Source: an uncultured delta proteobacterium
GTDB taxonomy: Bacteria > Myxococcota_A > Polyangia > Polyangiales > Polyangiaceae
DNA length: 64,000 nucleotides
Direction: 5' to 3'
Assembly: GCA_963806225.1 (NCBI GenBank)
Contig: CAWDXG010000004.1
Location: 4,608,001-4,672,000, forward strand
Below the pieces are notes generated by a model that was not told where the DNA came from, searched no databases, and worked only from the letters and a program-made list of their open reading frames with translations. The stretch's first letter is position 1, and each line of letters opens with the position of its first letter. The translations under genes and the position numbers were made by a program. Shown in pieces: positions 1-10,949 of the stretch.

Positions 1-606
1 GCGGGCGAACACGCGCGTCAGCGCGTTCAACCCGGCCTTGCTCACCTTGTAGGCCGAGCTCGGCCAACCGCGCTCCTTGTGGCGTCCGGCACGCACGTCG
101 TTGACGAAGGACTGCATCAGGGTCGCCAGCTCACCGCGATCGAGCTGGGGCGACTCGAGCTTGCGCCGGAGGGCGTTCGGAAAGCCGTCGAGCTGTCCCA
201 CGCTGCTCGATACCATGACGACCCGTCCCTTCGTCGCGATCAACGGCAACAGCGCCTCGGTCACATGGAGCGCGCCAAAAAAATTGACGACCAGCGTATG
301 GCGCGCAACTTCCGCGTTGAAGCCATCGAGCGCGATGCCGGCGTTGTTCACGAGCACGTCGACCCGGCCGTAGCGCTCCGCCATCTGCCGGGCGAACTTC
401 TCGACGGACAACGCGCTCGAGACATCGAGCGGCATGGCCACGACGCCGAGCCCCTCGATTGCGAGCTGGTCTGCCGCGCGCCGCCCCCGTTCCGGATCGC
501 GACTGGCGAGCACGACGCGCATCTGTCTTGCCGCAAGCTGGCGGCATGTCTCGAGCCCGAGCCCGCGATTTCCGCCCGTGACCACGGCGAGCTCTACATC
601 GGCCAT
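1..606 (-). CDS. SDR family oxidoreductase (carbonyl reductase-like), 3' end runs off window
   Basis: Manual translation from ATG at 606 gives MADVELAVVTGGNRGLG (TGxxxGxG), then DVLVNNAG and SAYKVSK (YxxxK). Not in the ORF track because it has no stop in the window. Confidence 0.9.
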   Translation of the reverse strand, partial: MADVELAVVTGGNRGLGLETCRQLAARQMRVVLASRDPERGRRAADQLAIEGLGVVAMPLDVSSALSVEKFARQMAERYGRVDVLVNNAGIALDGFNAEVARHTLVVNFFGALHVTEALLPLIATKGRVVMVSSSVGQLDGFPNALRRKLESPQLDRGELATLMQSFVNDVRAGRHKERGWPSSAYKVSKAGLNALTRVFAR

Positions 607-689
607 GCTCCCGTTCTGCTTTGCCCACGCGCCGCATGCAAGCGACGAGCGCTTCAAGCAAAGCCCCATCCGGCGTAGAGTGCACTTCG

Positions 690-3465
690 ATGGGACGTTC
701 CAGGTGGCTGGTCTCCGCGGCGCTTGCCTTTCTGCTCCTGTCCTGCGGGTCGCACGACGGCGGCTCGGGGGCCAGCGGCGGCGCCAGTGGCGACCCGGCA
801 GATTTTGTCTTCCCACCGCATTCGTGCGCGTACCAGTGCCCTGGAGCGGCCACCACCTGCGAGGAGGCGACCCGGCAGTACCAGTGTCCGGGCCTCGCCA
901 AGTGGAACACCCTTCCCCACGTCCAGGCCTGCGGCAGGCTGGGACGGGAAGTATCCCCACCCGACGCAGGGCAAGTGCACGGCCAGCGCGCCGAGCGGCG
1001 AAGCGCTCAAGTACACCGGTGCGGACCCCGACGTACCGGGGGGGCGCGTGCTGCCCGACGGGCGACTGATGCACCCGATGGGGAAGCTCTCGATCTTCCA
1101 GGAAGCAGATCTAGACGCGGGATTGACCACCGGGCTCATCGACGTTCCTGGCAGCCCGTACGTGCTGACGGTCGACTCGGGGAACGGGCCGCACGCCGTG
1201 CGCGTGGTGGACACGACGTTGATTGGGCAGAAGAGCCCGGTCAAGAGCTACGTCCGCATCGATCGCCCCGAGCTCTTGAACAGCTCGCTCGCCTTCGTGC
1301 CGCCCGACCTGGTGCTGGTCTCCACGGCCAACGGCAAGGTCCAGGGCATGAAGCTGGATACCACGACGGGCCAGCTCACTCTGGACGACTCGCGCTCGAT
1401 CACGCTGCCCGATGCTACGAACGGCGACCCGTATTTCGTCGCGGGGCTCGGAGTTTCTCCAGACGGCAGCCGACTCGTGGTCAGCGCAGTCAACGACGGC
1501 CGCGCAGTCGCGGTCGACCTGACGCCCGCGAGCTATGGATCCGTGCTGGGAGAGGTCGGCATCGGCGGTGCCGACACTTTCGGCGTGTACTTCGATCCGA
1601 ATGACCCTTCCGGTCGCTACGCGTACGTCTCCCTCTGGGCCGACAGCAAGGTGGCCGAGATCGATCTCGGCGCCCAGTCGGGCCCCGCGCTCTCGCGCAC
1701 GTTCGATACGGAAAAGGACCCCGAGCAGATCGCCTTCCTCGATGCGCGCTGGATGGTCGTCGCCAATGATCTAGGCGAGACGCTCTCGCTGGTGGATCGC
1801 GTCTCCGGGCAGGTCACGCCCGTGCCGGTCGACTTCGCGGCTGGCCTGCACGGGCTGGATGTGTCCGGGGCGACCTACGATGCGGCGTCGCAGCGCCTGT
1901 ACGTCACGCTGAGCGGCATCAACATGGTGGGCGCCTATCAGGTGGACACGAGTACCTCGACGCCGTCGTTCAAGCCTCTGGGAAGGCTGCCGACGGGCTG
2001 GTGGCCGAGCGGTCTTGTCGTCCATCCCGACGGTTCGCTGACCGTCACCACGATGCGCGGCTACGGCGCGGGGCCCGTCCCGACGCCGACGCCGATCGCC
2101 GACAATCCGCAACAGGCCGGCCAGCGTGGTGGCGTGCAGCAGATCCTCGCGCCCAGCGCCCAGGATCTAGTCAGCGGCGAGCAGCAGGCGCTGCACGCCG
2201 TAGAGGTCGCCAAGCTGCCCGGCTATCCGCAAGTGAAGTGCCCCGCCGGTGTGAAAGACTTTCCTGTCCCCGCCACGAACACCGAAGGGCCCTCGAAGCA
2301 GATCAAGCACATCTTCTACGTCGTCCGCGAGAACAAGACCTTCGACGCTTTGCTCGGCGATCTGCCCGGCGTCAACGGCGAGCCGAAGGGCACGATGAAG
2401 AAGGACCCCGCGGACATGGAGAAGATCTGGGGCAATCTGCGCGAGCTCGCCCGCACCTTTGCCCAGAGCGACAACTCGTACACGGAAGCCGACGCCAGCA
2501 TCGAGGGCCACGCCTGGACCACCTACTCACGCGTGACCGACTACTGCGAACGCAACTGGTCCACCCACGCTCGGGATATCCCGGGCTGCGGCATTTCGAA
2601 GCCCAGCACGCCTACCGAGGGATCGCTGTTCGTCTGGTTGGGGGAGAACAACGTCCGCTATGACCTGCTCGGCGAGCTCGTCGGCGTGCCGGACCAGAAG
2701 CCCGCAGGCTACGACCCGGTCGACCACCAGTATCCGGGCGGGGCGTTCCAGGCGATCGGGTACCCCGACAACGAGAAGGCCTGCTACGTGGCGGCTCGCG
2801 CGCGCGTGCTGTGCAACCTCGGGTCGTTCATCTACATGACGCTGCCCAACGACCACACCGACGGCGTGGGTCCAAGCCTCCCGACGCCGGAAGTGATGGT
2901 CGCGGTGAACGACGAGGCGACCGGCATGCTGGTCGACGCGGTGTCGCACAGCCCGCTCTGGGAGTCGTCGCTGATCGTCATCACCGAGGACGACCCGCAG
3001 CAGGGCGCCGACCACGTCGACTACCACCGGGTGCCGCTCGTCGTCGTCTCGCCGTGGGTGAAGCGCGGCTACGTCTCGAAGACGCACCTGTCCGTGTCGG
3101 GCGTCCACAAGATCTTCGCCCATATCCTTGGCCTGCCGTATCCCAACCTGCAGGTCCAGAACGCGGCGCTGCCCTTCGACCTGTTCACTTCGACGCCGGA
3201 CTACACGCCGTACACGTACAAGCCGCGGGGCTGGCCGCTCGAATGCGGCGGCAAGGCGACCCGGGCCGAACGACAGCTGACCTCGTCGTGGACCTATGAC
3301 CGCGTCGACAACCAACCGGGGCTCGACGCCCAGGTGATGCGATGGATGCGCGACAAGCAGCTGACGCGACTCTCGCCGGAGCAGAAGCTGGACATCGAGC
3401 TACGTCGAGCCCGCAACAGACGCCGGCAGAAGCTCGGCCTTTCGGGCGCGCCCGACGACGATTGA
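690..3465 (+). CDS. Lipoprotein: YVTN/YncE-like beta-propeller fused to phosphoesterase (phospholipase C-like) domain; apparent frameshift near 937
   Basis: Signal peptide and lipobox MGRSRWLVSAALAFLLLSC lie in one frame. The body is in ORF 724..3465, with propeller repeats, 'KHIFYVVRENKTFD' and 'TEDDPQQGADHVDYHR'. Confidence 0.8.
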
Positions 3466-3475
3466 TCGACAGGTC

Positions 3476-3997
3476 CTACCGCTCCGGCGGTGAGCAGTTC
3501 GACACGGAGAGCAGCTCGCAGGAGTCCCTGCCCGGCTGCGGCTGCCAGCTGTGCGCCGCGCACACTTTCTCGCTCACTCCGGTCTTGCCGATCGGGTCGG
3601 CGGAGCGGTCTTCCACGAGCATCAGCCGGCATGCGCCGCGATCGGTGTACGAGAAGTAGTCGACGCGTACCGGATCGCCCTCTTCCGTCCAGAACACGTG
3701 CGCGCCGTGGGCCGGGCGGCAGGCGTCGAGCGCCGAGATCATGCACTCCTCCACGCGCCGCAAGCGACAGCTCTGGTCGCGGCGGGGCTCGTCGAATTCC
3801 CCGCAGTCCTGGAAAGTCGCGCCGATGCGGTCCTGCATGTGCCGCGCGGCGTTGCCCATGGCGACCCGGGGCGGTGGCTGCTCCGCCGCGCAGGCCATCA
3901 AAGCCAGACACGCGCCCAGCGCGGCCCAGCGCGCGAGCCCTGGACGGCGCGTTCGCGAGCCCGGCCTGCGGACGCCGACCTGTTTCCTGTGCTTCAT
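3476..3997 (-). CDS. Hypothetical Cys-rich lipoprotein
   Basis: Lipobox LALMAC, GGAGG-like RBS before ATG 3997, multiple Cys. Confidence 0.6.
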   Translation of the reverse strand: MKHRKQVGVRRPGSRTRRPGLARWAALGACLALMACAAEQPPPRVAMGNAARHMQDRIGATFQDCGEFDEPRRDQSCRLRRVEECMISALDACRPAHGAHVFWTEEGDPVRVDYFSYTDRGACRLMLVEDRSADPIGKTGVSEKVCAAHSWQPQPGRDSCELLSVSNCSPPER

Positions 3998-4047
3998 CAC
4001 AGCTCCGCCCTCTCGACCATTCTGCGGGGCTAGGTTACATCTAACGC

Positions 4048-4905
4048 ATGCCGAACACACCCCAGACCTGGCCGGGGCGGAGGCCGCGCGAACAATCGCG
4101 GCGGCGGAGGTACTCGGTGCTGTTCAACGGACAGGAAATCGCACTCAAGGAGGGCACGGCTGTTATCGGACGCAGCCCTTCCTGCCAGCTTGTGGTCGAC
4201 GACATGCTGGTGTCGCGCAAGCACGCCAGACTGCTGATCTCGGACGTGTCGCTCATCATCGAGGACCTTTCGAGCACCAACGGCGTGTACGTCAACGATC
4301 GCCTCGTTGTCACGCCCACCGCACTGGACCATGGAGACCGCGTCCTGGTCGGCCCCGCGGAGCTGTCGATCCTGGCGCGGAAGCTGCCGGAACGTCGCCG
4401 CCACGCGGATGCCGGCGACGAGCCGGACCTGTCCAGCGACGAGCGGAGCGTCGAGACCGGAAGCCATCGCATGCCGACCACGACGCGGCGCGATGCTTTC
4501 AGCACCGTCGGCCGCGTTGCGGATCGCATGCTCGCCATGGGACGCGCCGACGGCGCCGCCCAGCTCATCGGCGGGCACCTGAAGGAGGTGCTCGCCGCAG
4601 CGCGGTCCGGACACCAGATCGCGCCGGACCTGCGCGACGCGACCACGCACTACGCCCTCCAGCTCGGCGCCCTGGGCAAGGACCCGATCTGGGTGAATCT
4701 CGCCATCGAGCTGAACCTGCTCGGGAAGCGGCCGCTGCGTGCCGAGGCGGTCGAGCAGCTGACACAGCTGGCGCGCACGCCGGGGCTCGTCGAGCGCGAG
4801 CTGCTCTTCTACTACCAGGAAATCCTGCGCGCGAACCTGCATCGCATGTCTCCGGCCGAGCTCGAGCGCACGCGCAGGATCCTGGACCTGGCACCGCCCA
4901 ATTGA
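4048..4905 (+). CDS. FHA domain-containing protein
   Basis: FHA motifs 'IGRSPSC', 'VSRKHA', 'DLSSTNGVYVN', followed by a helical C-terminal domain. Confidence 0.9.
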   Translation: MPNTPQTWPGRRPREQSRRRRYSVLFNGQEIALKEGTAVIGRSPSCQLVVDDMLVSRKHARLLISDVSLIIEDLSSTNGVYVNDRLVVTPTALDHGDRVLVGPAELSILARKLPERRRHADAGDEPDLSSDERSVETGSHRMPTTTRRDAFSTVGRVADRMLAMGRADGAAQLIGGHLKEVLAAARSGHQIAPDLRDATTHYALQLGALGKDPIWVNLAIELNLLGKRPLRAEAVEQLTQLARTPGLVERELLFYYQEILRANLHRMSPAELERTRRILDLAPPN

Positions 4906-5009
4906 ACGCCGGCCGGCCGTCGGCGCCCGGGTCTCGACGCAGCAAGAAGCGGCTGGCGTTAATGACAATCAAGAGCTAGGTATGGCCCCGCGCCCCCGCC
5001 CTGGTTCTG

Positions 5010-6905
5010 ATGACATCGAGCCCACAAGGTAGCCCGGGGAAGCCCCCGCCGCCGGGAGTCACCCGGCTGCGATCGCTGCTCCGGCGTAGTGCAGCTCCAC
5101 TGGAGTTCGAGCTCCTGGGTAGGACCCTGCTCCACTCGGCTCTGGTGGGTGCCGCAGCGGGTCTGGTCGGCTCGCTGTTCTTCTGGGGGCTGGAGGTGAC
5201 CGAGCGGCTGGTGCTGGAAGGTCTGGCCGGTTACGAGCTGTTGCGCGCCGGCGGCGAAGCCATCGTTTCGGATCACGGCAGCACGCCGTTCCGGTTCTGG
5301 GTGCTCGTGCTGCTGCCAGCGGTGGGGGCTCTGGCCGGCGGCATCGTCTCCTGGAAGTTCGCCCCGGAGACGCGCGGAGGCGGCGCCGACCAGATCATCG
5401 AGGACTTCCACCTGCGCGCCGGCTTCGTGCGGCGCCGGGTGCCCACGATCAAGCTGATCGCCTCGATCCTGACGCTGGGCTTCGGCGGCTCCGGAGGTCG
5501 TGAGGGCCCGACCATGCAGGTCGGCGGCGCGCTGGGCTCACTCGTTGGGCGCTATCTGCGCGTCACCGAGCGGGAGCGCCGCATCCTGCTGGTTGCCGGG
5601 CTCGCCGCAGGCATGGCGGCCGTGTTCCGCACACCGCTCGGCGCGGCGTTGCTCGGCGTCGAGCTGATGCACCGGGACGACTTCGAGTCCGACGCGCTGG
5701 TGCCGAGCGTGCTGGCCAGCGTGATCGCGTATTCGGTGTTCATCTCGTTCTTCGGCGAGGCCACGCTCTTCAGCCACGCGCCGCGCTATCCGTTCATCCC
5801 CTCGCATCTGCCGCTGTATGCGCTGATGGCGGTGCTGGTGTCGCTCGCGGCGAACTTCTTCCTCTTCACGCTGAACGGCGTGCAGAAGCTCAGTGCGCGG
5901 ATCAGCCTTCCCGAATGGTGCAAGCCGGGCATCGGCGGTCTGTTGCTCGGGCTGTTCACCGTCCCGGTGCTGGTAGTGATCGGGCCGCTGATTGGCGGCA
6001 AGGGCCAGGGGTTGGGTTTGCTCGGCGGCGGCTACGGTCTGGCGCAGGTGGCCATCACCGGGGCGCCGTGGTTTGCCGAAGGCTGGCGCGGCGTGCAGCT
6101 GCTCCTGGTGCTCGGCGTCGCGAAGATCCTGGCGACCTCGCTCACCATCGGTAGCGGCGGCAGCGCGGGCGACTTCGGCCCTTCTCTGGTGATCGGTGGC
6201 ATCTTCGGCGGTGCATTCGGTCGCGCCGCCCAGCTGCTTCTGCACGATCCGACCATCCAGCCCGGAGCGTTCGCCCTGGTGGGCATGGGCACGTTCTACG
6301 GCGGGCTCGCGCACATCCCGATCGCGTCGCTCGTGATGGTGTGCGAGCTAGCGGGCAGCTACGATCTGCTCGTGCCGCTTATGCTGGCTGAAGGCATCGC
6401 CTTCGTGATCCTACGCCACCGCGCGCTCTATCACTCGCAGGTCAACACCAAGCGCGACTCGCCCGCCCATCGAGACGAGCTGATCCTGGACGTGCTCAAG
6501 GACATCCGTATCGGCGACGTGGTGGTGCAGGATCGGCCGTTCATCACCTTCCGGCGGGGTACGCCGGCGCGTCAGGTCATCCAGCAGCTGGCGGGTACCG
6601 AGTGGCAGGACGCGTTCCCGGTGCTGGGTGAGGATGGCAAGGTGGTGGGCGTCATCAGCTCCGATATCCTGCGCACCATGGCGGCGGATCCGACGATCGG
6701 CGAGTTCACCCTTGCCGATGACATGATGACCGCGCCGGTGTCGGTCAACACGGACGATGACCTGCACACGGCGCTCGAGCTGCTCTTGCACCACGGGGCA
6801 CGGGAAGTGCTGGTGACCGACCAGACCGGCAAGATCATCGGTTTCCTGGACGAGGCCGAGATCAGCCAGTTCTATCACGGTGCCACCGTGCCCAAGCCGG
6901 ACTGA
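5010..6905 (+). CDS. ClC family chloride channel/H+ antiporter with C-terminal CBS pair
   Basis: 'GSGGREGP' and 'GSAGDFGP' motifs, many TM helices, two CBS domains. Confidence 0.93.
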   Translation: MTSSPQGSPGKPPPPGVTRLRSLLRRSAAPLEFELLGRTLLHSALVGAAAGLVGSLFFWGLEVTERLVLEGLAGYELLRAGGEAIVSDHGSTPFRFWVLVLLPAVGALAGGIVSWKFAPETRGGGADQIIEDFHLRAGFVRRRVPTIKLIASILTLGFGGSGGREGPTMQVGGALGSLVGRYLRVTERERRILLVAGLAAGMAAVFRTPLGAALLGVELMHRDDFESDALVPSVLASVIAYSVFISFFGEATLFSHAPRYPFIPSHLPLYALMAVLVSLAANFFLFTLNGVQKLSARISLPEWCKPGIGGLLLGLFTVPVLVVIGPLIGGKGQGLGLLGGGYGLAQVAITGAPWFAEGWRGVQLLLVLGVAKILATSLTIGSGGSAGDFGPSLVIGGIFGGAFGRAAQLLLHDPTIQPGAFALVGMGTFYGGLAHIPIASLVMVCELAGSYDLLVPLMLAEGIAFVILRHRALYHSQVNTKRDSPAHRDELILDVLKDIRIGDVVVQDRPFITFRRGTPARQVIQQLAGTEWQDAFPVLGEDGKVVGVISSDILRTMAADPTIGEFTLADDMMTAPVSVNTDDDLHTALELLLHHGAREVLVTDQTGKIIGFLDEAEISQFYHGATVPKPD

Positions 6906-6935
6906 TCCCGGTCCGCGGGCGCGGCGGCCTACGCC

Positions 6936-7862
6936 ATGACAGTACTCAGGGTCACGTTCCTCGGAACATCAGCGGCACAGCCCACCCTGCGCCGCGGTCT
7001 GTCGGCGACCCAGATCCGGGCACACAGTGACCGTCTGCTCGTCGACTGCGGCGAGGGGACGCAGCGGCAGATGCTGCGTTTCGGAACGGGCTTCCGTCTC
7101 GACCTCGTACTGTTCACGCACTTCCACGCTGACCACTATCTGGGCATCATCGGCTTTCTCAGGACGCTCTCCATGGGTGGGCGAACGGAGCCGCTGGTTG
7201 TCTACGGCCCGTCGCCCTTCGTGACGCGAGAGCTTCGCGAGCTCATCCACGTCGGGATCGGCGAGCTGCCGTATCCTGTCGAGCTCAGAGCTCTGGCGCA
7301 GGGCGACGTCGTGGCGCGCGACGGCTACTGGATACGTGCCGTGGGCGTCGATCACCGCACGCCGGCGCTGGGGTACGTGCTGGAGGAGCCGCCACGGCCC
7401 GGCGCGTTCGACGTCGCCGCTGCCCGCGCGCTCGGCGTCGAGCCCGGCCCCCTGTACAGCGCGCTGCAGTCCGGTCGCGTGGTTACTTCGCGCGAGGGGC
7501 GCGAGGTCCGGCCGGAACAAGTGCTCGGAGAGCCACGCCCCGGCCGCAAGTTGGCGCTTTCGGGTGACACGCGCCCCTGCCAGTCCTTCATCGATGCCGC
7601 GCGCGGAGCCGATCTGCTGGTTCACGACTCGACGTTCAGCCGCGAAGAGCAGGCGCGCGCCGTCGAGACGCGTCACAGCACGGCGTTCGAGGCGGGGGAG
7701 GTTGCGGCAGCGGCGGGGGCCCGCCAGCTCGTCCTGTCACACCTGTCGACCCGCTACGACACCCGTCCGCACGTGTTGCGAGGTGAAGCGAAGCGCGCGT
7801 TCGGCGGCGAGATCACGGTCGCTGAGGACGGGCTGGCCCTCGAGCTCCCGCTGGAGCACTGA
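6936..7862 (+). CDS. rnz: Ribonuclease Z
   Basis: 'FLGTSA', 'DCGEGTQRQ', 'THFHADH', a GVEPGP exosite, 'SGDTRP', 'HST' and 'HLSTRY'. Confidence 0.95.
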   Translation: MTVLRVTFLGTSAAQPTLRRGLSATQIRAHSDRLLVDCGEGTQRQMLRFGTGFRLDLVLFTHFHADHYLGIIGFLRTLSMGGRTEPLVVYGPSPFVTRELRELIHVGIGELPYPVELRALAQGDVVARDGYWIRAVGVDHRTPALGYVLEEPPRPGAFDVAAARALGVEPGPLYSALQSGRVVTSREGREVRPEQVLGEPRPGRKLALSGDTRPCQSFIDAARGADLLVHDSTFSREEQARAVETRHSTAFEAGEVAAAAGARQLVLSHLSTRYDTRPHVLRGEAKRAFGGEITVAEDGLALELPLEH

Positions 7863-8736
7863 GCGCGCCCCGGGTCGCCCGGAGGCGACCGGTCCTGTCG
7901 AAGACCGGAGCCGGCGTGGCGCGCGGGGGAACCGGGGGGCGCTTTGCGTAGGCGTCGCGCGCGCTCTCGACGATCGCCATCGTCTCGGCGGTCGGGGGAC
8001 CGCTCGCCGAAAGCGCGCTCGCCGCGCCGCTCTTCTGCGCCCGGATGACCGCGTCGTCCACCGTGATGGAGCCCGTCGCGCTCTTGTGATCGCCGATGAT
8101 CAAGGTCCAGAAGCTGTTGCCCGTGTCGAACGGCACCGACGCGCTGGCGGTGTAGTGGCAGTAGCCGTCCTTGTCCGGCCCGGAGCTCACGGGCTTGAGC
8201 TGGGTGGGGTTCGGCGCGCCCAGGTAGCTCTGGATGGGGGTGATGTAGCCGACCGCTTCCGAGTCGCAGCTCTTGCCCTGGATGCGCGCGTAGAAGCCGG
8301 CCTCGACCGGCCCGTCCGGCCACATGAACACGCCGGCGATCAGCTCCCCCGGCTCGAGATGCGCGCAGCGCAGTCCGGAGTGGCATTGCATGCCGAGCGC
8401 GACGTTGGCGGCCGTGAACTGGAACCAGGGATACTGGAGCGCATCCGGGCCGGACAGCTCGAAGTCGCCGTCGAGCAGCAGGTTTCCGGGATCGAGCGTA
8501 CCGAAGCGCGGGCGCGTCTCCACCGTCCGCACCGGAGGCCCGGCTTCCAGCGGTGGATTCTGCGCGTCGGGTGTCGCGTCGGTCGTCGCGGCGTCCCCGC
8601 CGCCGGCATCGGTGGCAGCGGGGATCACGGCGTTGGCGGGCGTCTCCTCCGAGCCGCAGGCGCCGAGCAGAAGCGCGAGCAGCACTGCCGGAAGGCAGCA
8701 GAAGATCGGGGTGCGGCTCATGCTGCTGCGCTTCAT
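7813..8736 (-). CDS. Hypothetical lipoprotein with carbohydrate-binding-like (galactose-binding fold) region
   Basis: Lipobox LLLGAC and 'NLLLDGDFE' motif. ATGA overlap with the upstream gene's stop at 8733-8736. Confidence 0.65.
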   Translation of the reverse strand: MKRSSMSRTPIFCCLPAVLLALLLGACGSEETPANAVIPAATDAGGGDAATTDATPDAQNPPLEAGPPVRTVETRPRFGTLDPGNLLLDGDFELSGPDALQYPWFQFTAANVALGMQCHSGLRCAHLEPGELIAGVFMWPDGPVEAGFYARIQGKSCDSEAVGYITPIQSYLGAPNPTQLKPVSSGPDKDGYCHYTASASVPFDTGNSFWTLIIGDHKSATGSITVDDAVIRAQKSGAASALSASGPPTAETMAIVESARDAYAKRPPVPPRATPAPVFDRTGRLRATRGALSAPAGARGPARPQRP

Positions 8737-10788
8737 GGCAGCTCCGTCCGCACCCACGAAAGGGCAGTCTGTTCGACGGTATCGCGGCCCGCCAGAAGGT
8801 CGGATTGCTTCGGCTTGACGACCACGTCCGGGTCCACGCCATGCGTGCACAGCGTCGTGCCGTCGGGCGCGATGGCATCCTCGATGCCGATGGACCAGCG
8901 CAGCACTCCCCACTCGGAGTACTGCATGAACGTGCCGAAGGCGCCCATGCTCGGTCCCGGCCCGAACAATTTCACCTTGGGCCCGCCCTTCATGATCTTC
9001 GGCAGATAGTCGCTCGCCGACACGTCCCAGGTGGTCAGGAGCGCCACCGGGACGTCGGTGCGCGCGTTGTCGGAGCCGAAGATGTCGTTCTGCGACTGGT
9101 ACTTGTTGAACAGAACCGTACCGGCTGCGGCGTCGCTGGGGCCGTCGTCATTGGCGCGCGTGCGGACGTAGCCGATGAACGGCGTGTACGGCTTGCGTGC
9201 GAAGCTGATCAGGATGTTGGCGGTCGGCGCGTCGCCACCGTGTCCCTCCCGATGGTCGAGCACCACGCCCCGCGCTTGCTGGAAGGCCTGCACTGCCGAG
9301 TTCAGCGCCTGCGTCACCGGGTCGTTCTGCGACGTTCCGCCGAGCAGTGTGTTCCAGATGAGCCCCTGGACCTTCTCGGCGTCCGTGGTGCCGAGCACCT
9401 GTCCCTCGATGATGGTCGCCGGATCGTAGAAGCCGTCGCCGAAGTGATGATCCGCCGGTGCGCCCGCGACCTCGTAGAACGGGCGGTTGTCGCAGCCGAC
9501 GAGGGCCGGGCTGTCCGCCGCGTCCACTTCCGGAATGCTCGAGACCTCGATGGTCTCCGTCTTGTCGTTGCAGGTGCCCGCGGAGGCGTCGCAGTGCACG
9601 ACCGTGATGCTCTTCGCATGCCGCGCGATCACGTCGCGCAGCAGCGACATGATGTTGGCGATCTGATCCGGGTCGTCCGCTTCCCAGTACCAGGGGCTCG
9701 GGCCCATGAGCTTCCTCGCCCAGGTCAGCGGGTGCTCGCCGTCGACGGCCACCAGCCGGTCCCCCTGCGAGAGCCCCCAGGTGTGGTCGGGGCCGGTGTG
9801 CGAAACCAGGATGTCCGGCAGCCCGGATTGGCTGGGTGCAGCGTTCTGGCTGGCGTCCGCATCGCCCTCGAAGAAGCACGCGTCCAGCGGCCGGCGCGGC
9901 TTGACGTCGGACAGTGCCGGGCGCGCGTACGTGTGCGCGTCGCGAAGTCGGCGGATCGCTTCGGTGAAGCGCGACCAGAACTCCACGTTGTCGCTCGCGG
10001 CGCTCATCGTGTCGAGCGTGGCTTCGGCGCTGGAAAGCGTGGTGTGCCGGAGCGCGTAGGGTCCGAACGTATCGTGAAGCTTCTGCTTCCAGTAGGCGAC
10101 CAGCTTGGTCCGCTCGGCTGCGTCCGGCAGCGGCGGATACCAGCCCCGCGCGTCGCGGCACTCGCCGCCCAGGCAGACGAGTCCCGGCCCGCAGGCACCC
10201 GCTTCGTCCAGCCCGACACAGGTCTGCGCTCCCACGTAGCTCCCGTCGGGGACCAGCTCCACTGCATCGACCTCGACCGAGGTCGGCGTGTTCGCATCGT
10301 ATGCGCTCAGGAACATGCGCGCGTTCACGCCCTGCGCGGCGCCGTCCACGCTGACCGGCTCGGTCTCCATCTCCAGCCAGTCGTCGCTGGTCACGCGTCC
10401 CGTGGGGAATGCGCGCGACGTTGTGCTCGGTGAGCCGTCGGCATAGTCGACCGCGAATCCGCCCTCGCAGTCCCCCTGCACCCAGTAGCGAAGCCGGTAT
10501 GAGCCCTGCTTGGCCGGAACGAGCAGCGCGATCGGGTAGCCGTCGGTCTTCAGGTCGACGGACAGCACGCGCTTGCCGTCCAGAGCGTGAACAGAAGCCT
10601 TCGCGACAGCGCCGCTGTCGCCTGCCGTCCCGTCCCACGAAGACGTTCTCGAAGCTTTCCGTGATGACGGCCTGCTTGTCGAACGAGAAGACGCCGCGCG
10701 TGTCGAAGCTGCCCGCCCTCGCCGGCGTTGCTGCCAACGCAGAAACCGAGAGTAGCGCCAGGGGACCGAGCGCGCGGAAGAAGCTCAT
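8733..10788 (-). CDS. Secreted S41-family (tail-specific/tricorn-like) peptidase with PDZ-like region; apparent frameshift near 10580-10640
   Basis: The signal peptide MSFFRALGPLALLSVSALAATPARA is in a different frame from the body. The body has 'LRDAHT', 'GDRLVAVDG', 'VLDHREGHGG', 'VSASD' and 'GVDPDVVV'. Confidence 0.75.
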
Positions 10789-10949
10789 CAGGGAGGGCGA
10801 CTATGCCATGACCCCGCGTGCGCGTGGGAGGCGCTGGGGCCGCGCGCATCGCGTGGGCCGGCGCCAGCGGAATAGTGCAGCAACGCTGTCGTGTTCGGGA
10901 GCGCGCGCGGTCGCTCTGCTGGTCAGCTCGCGCGGCGCTCCAGCGGCCG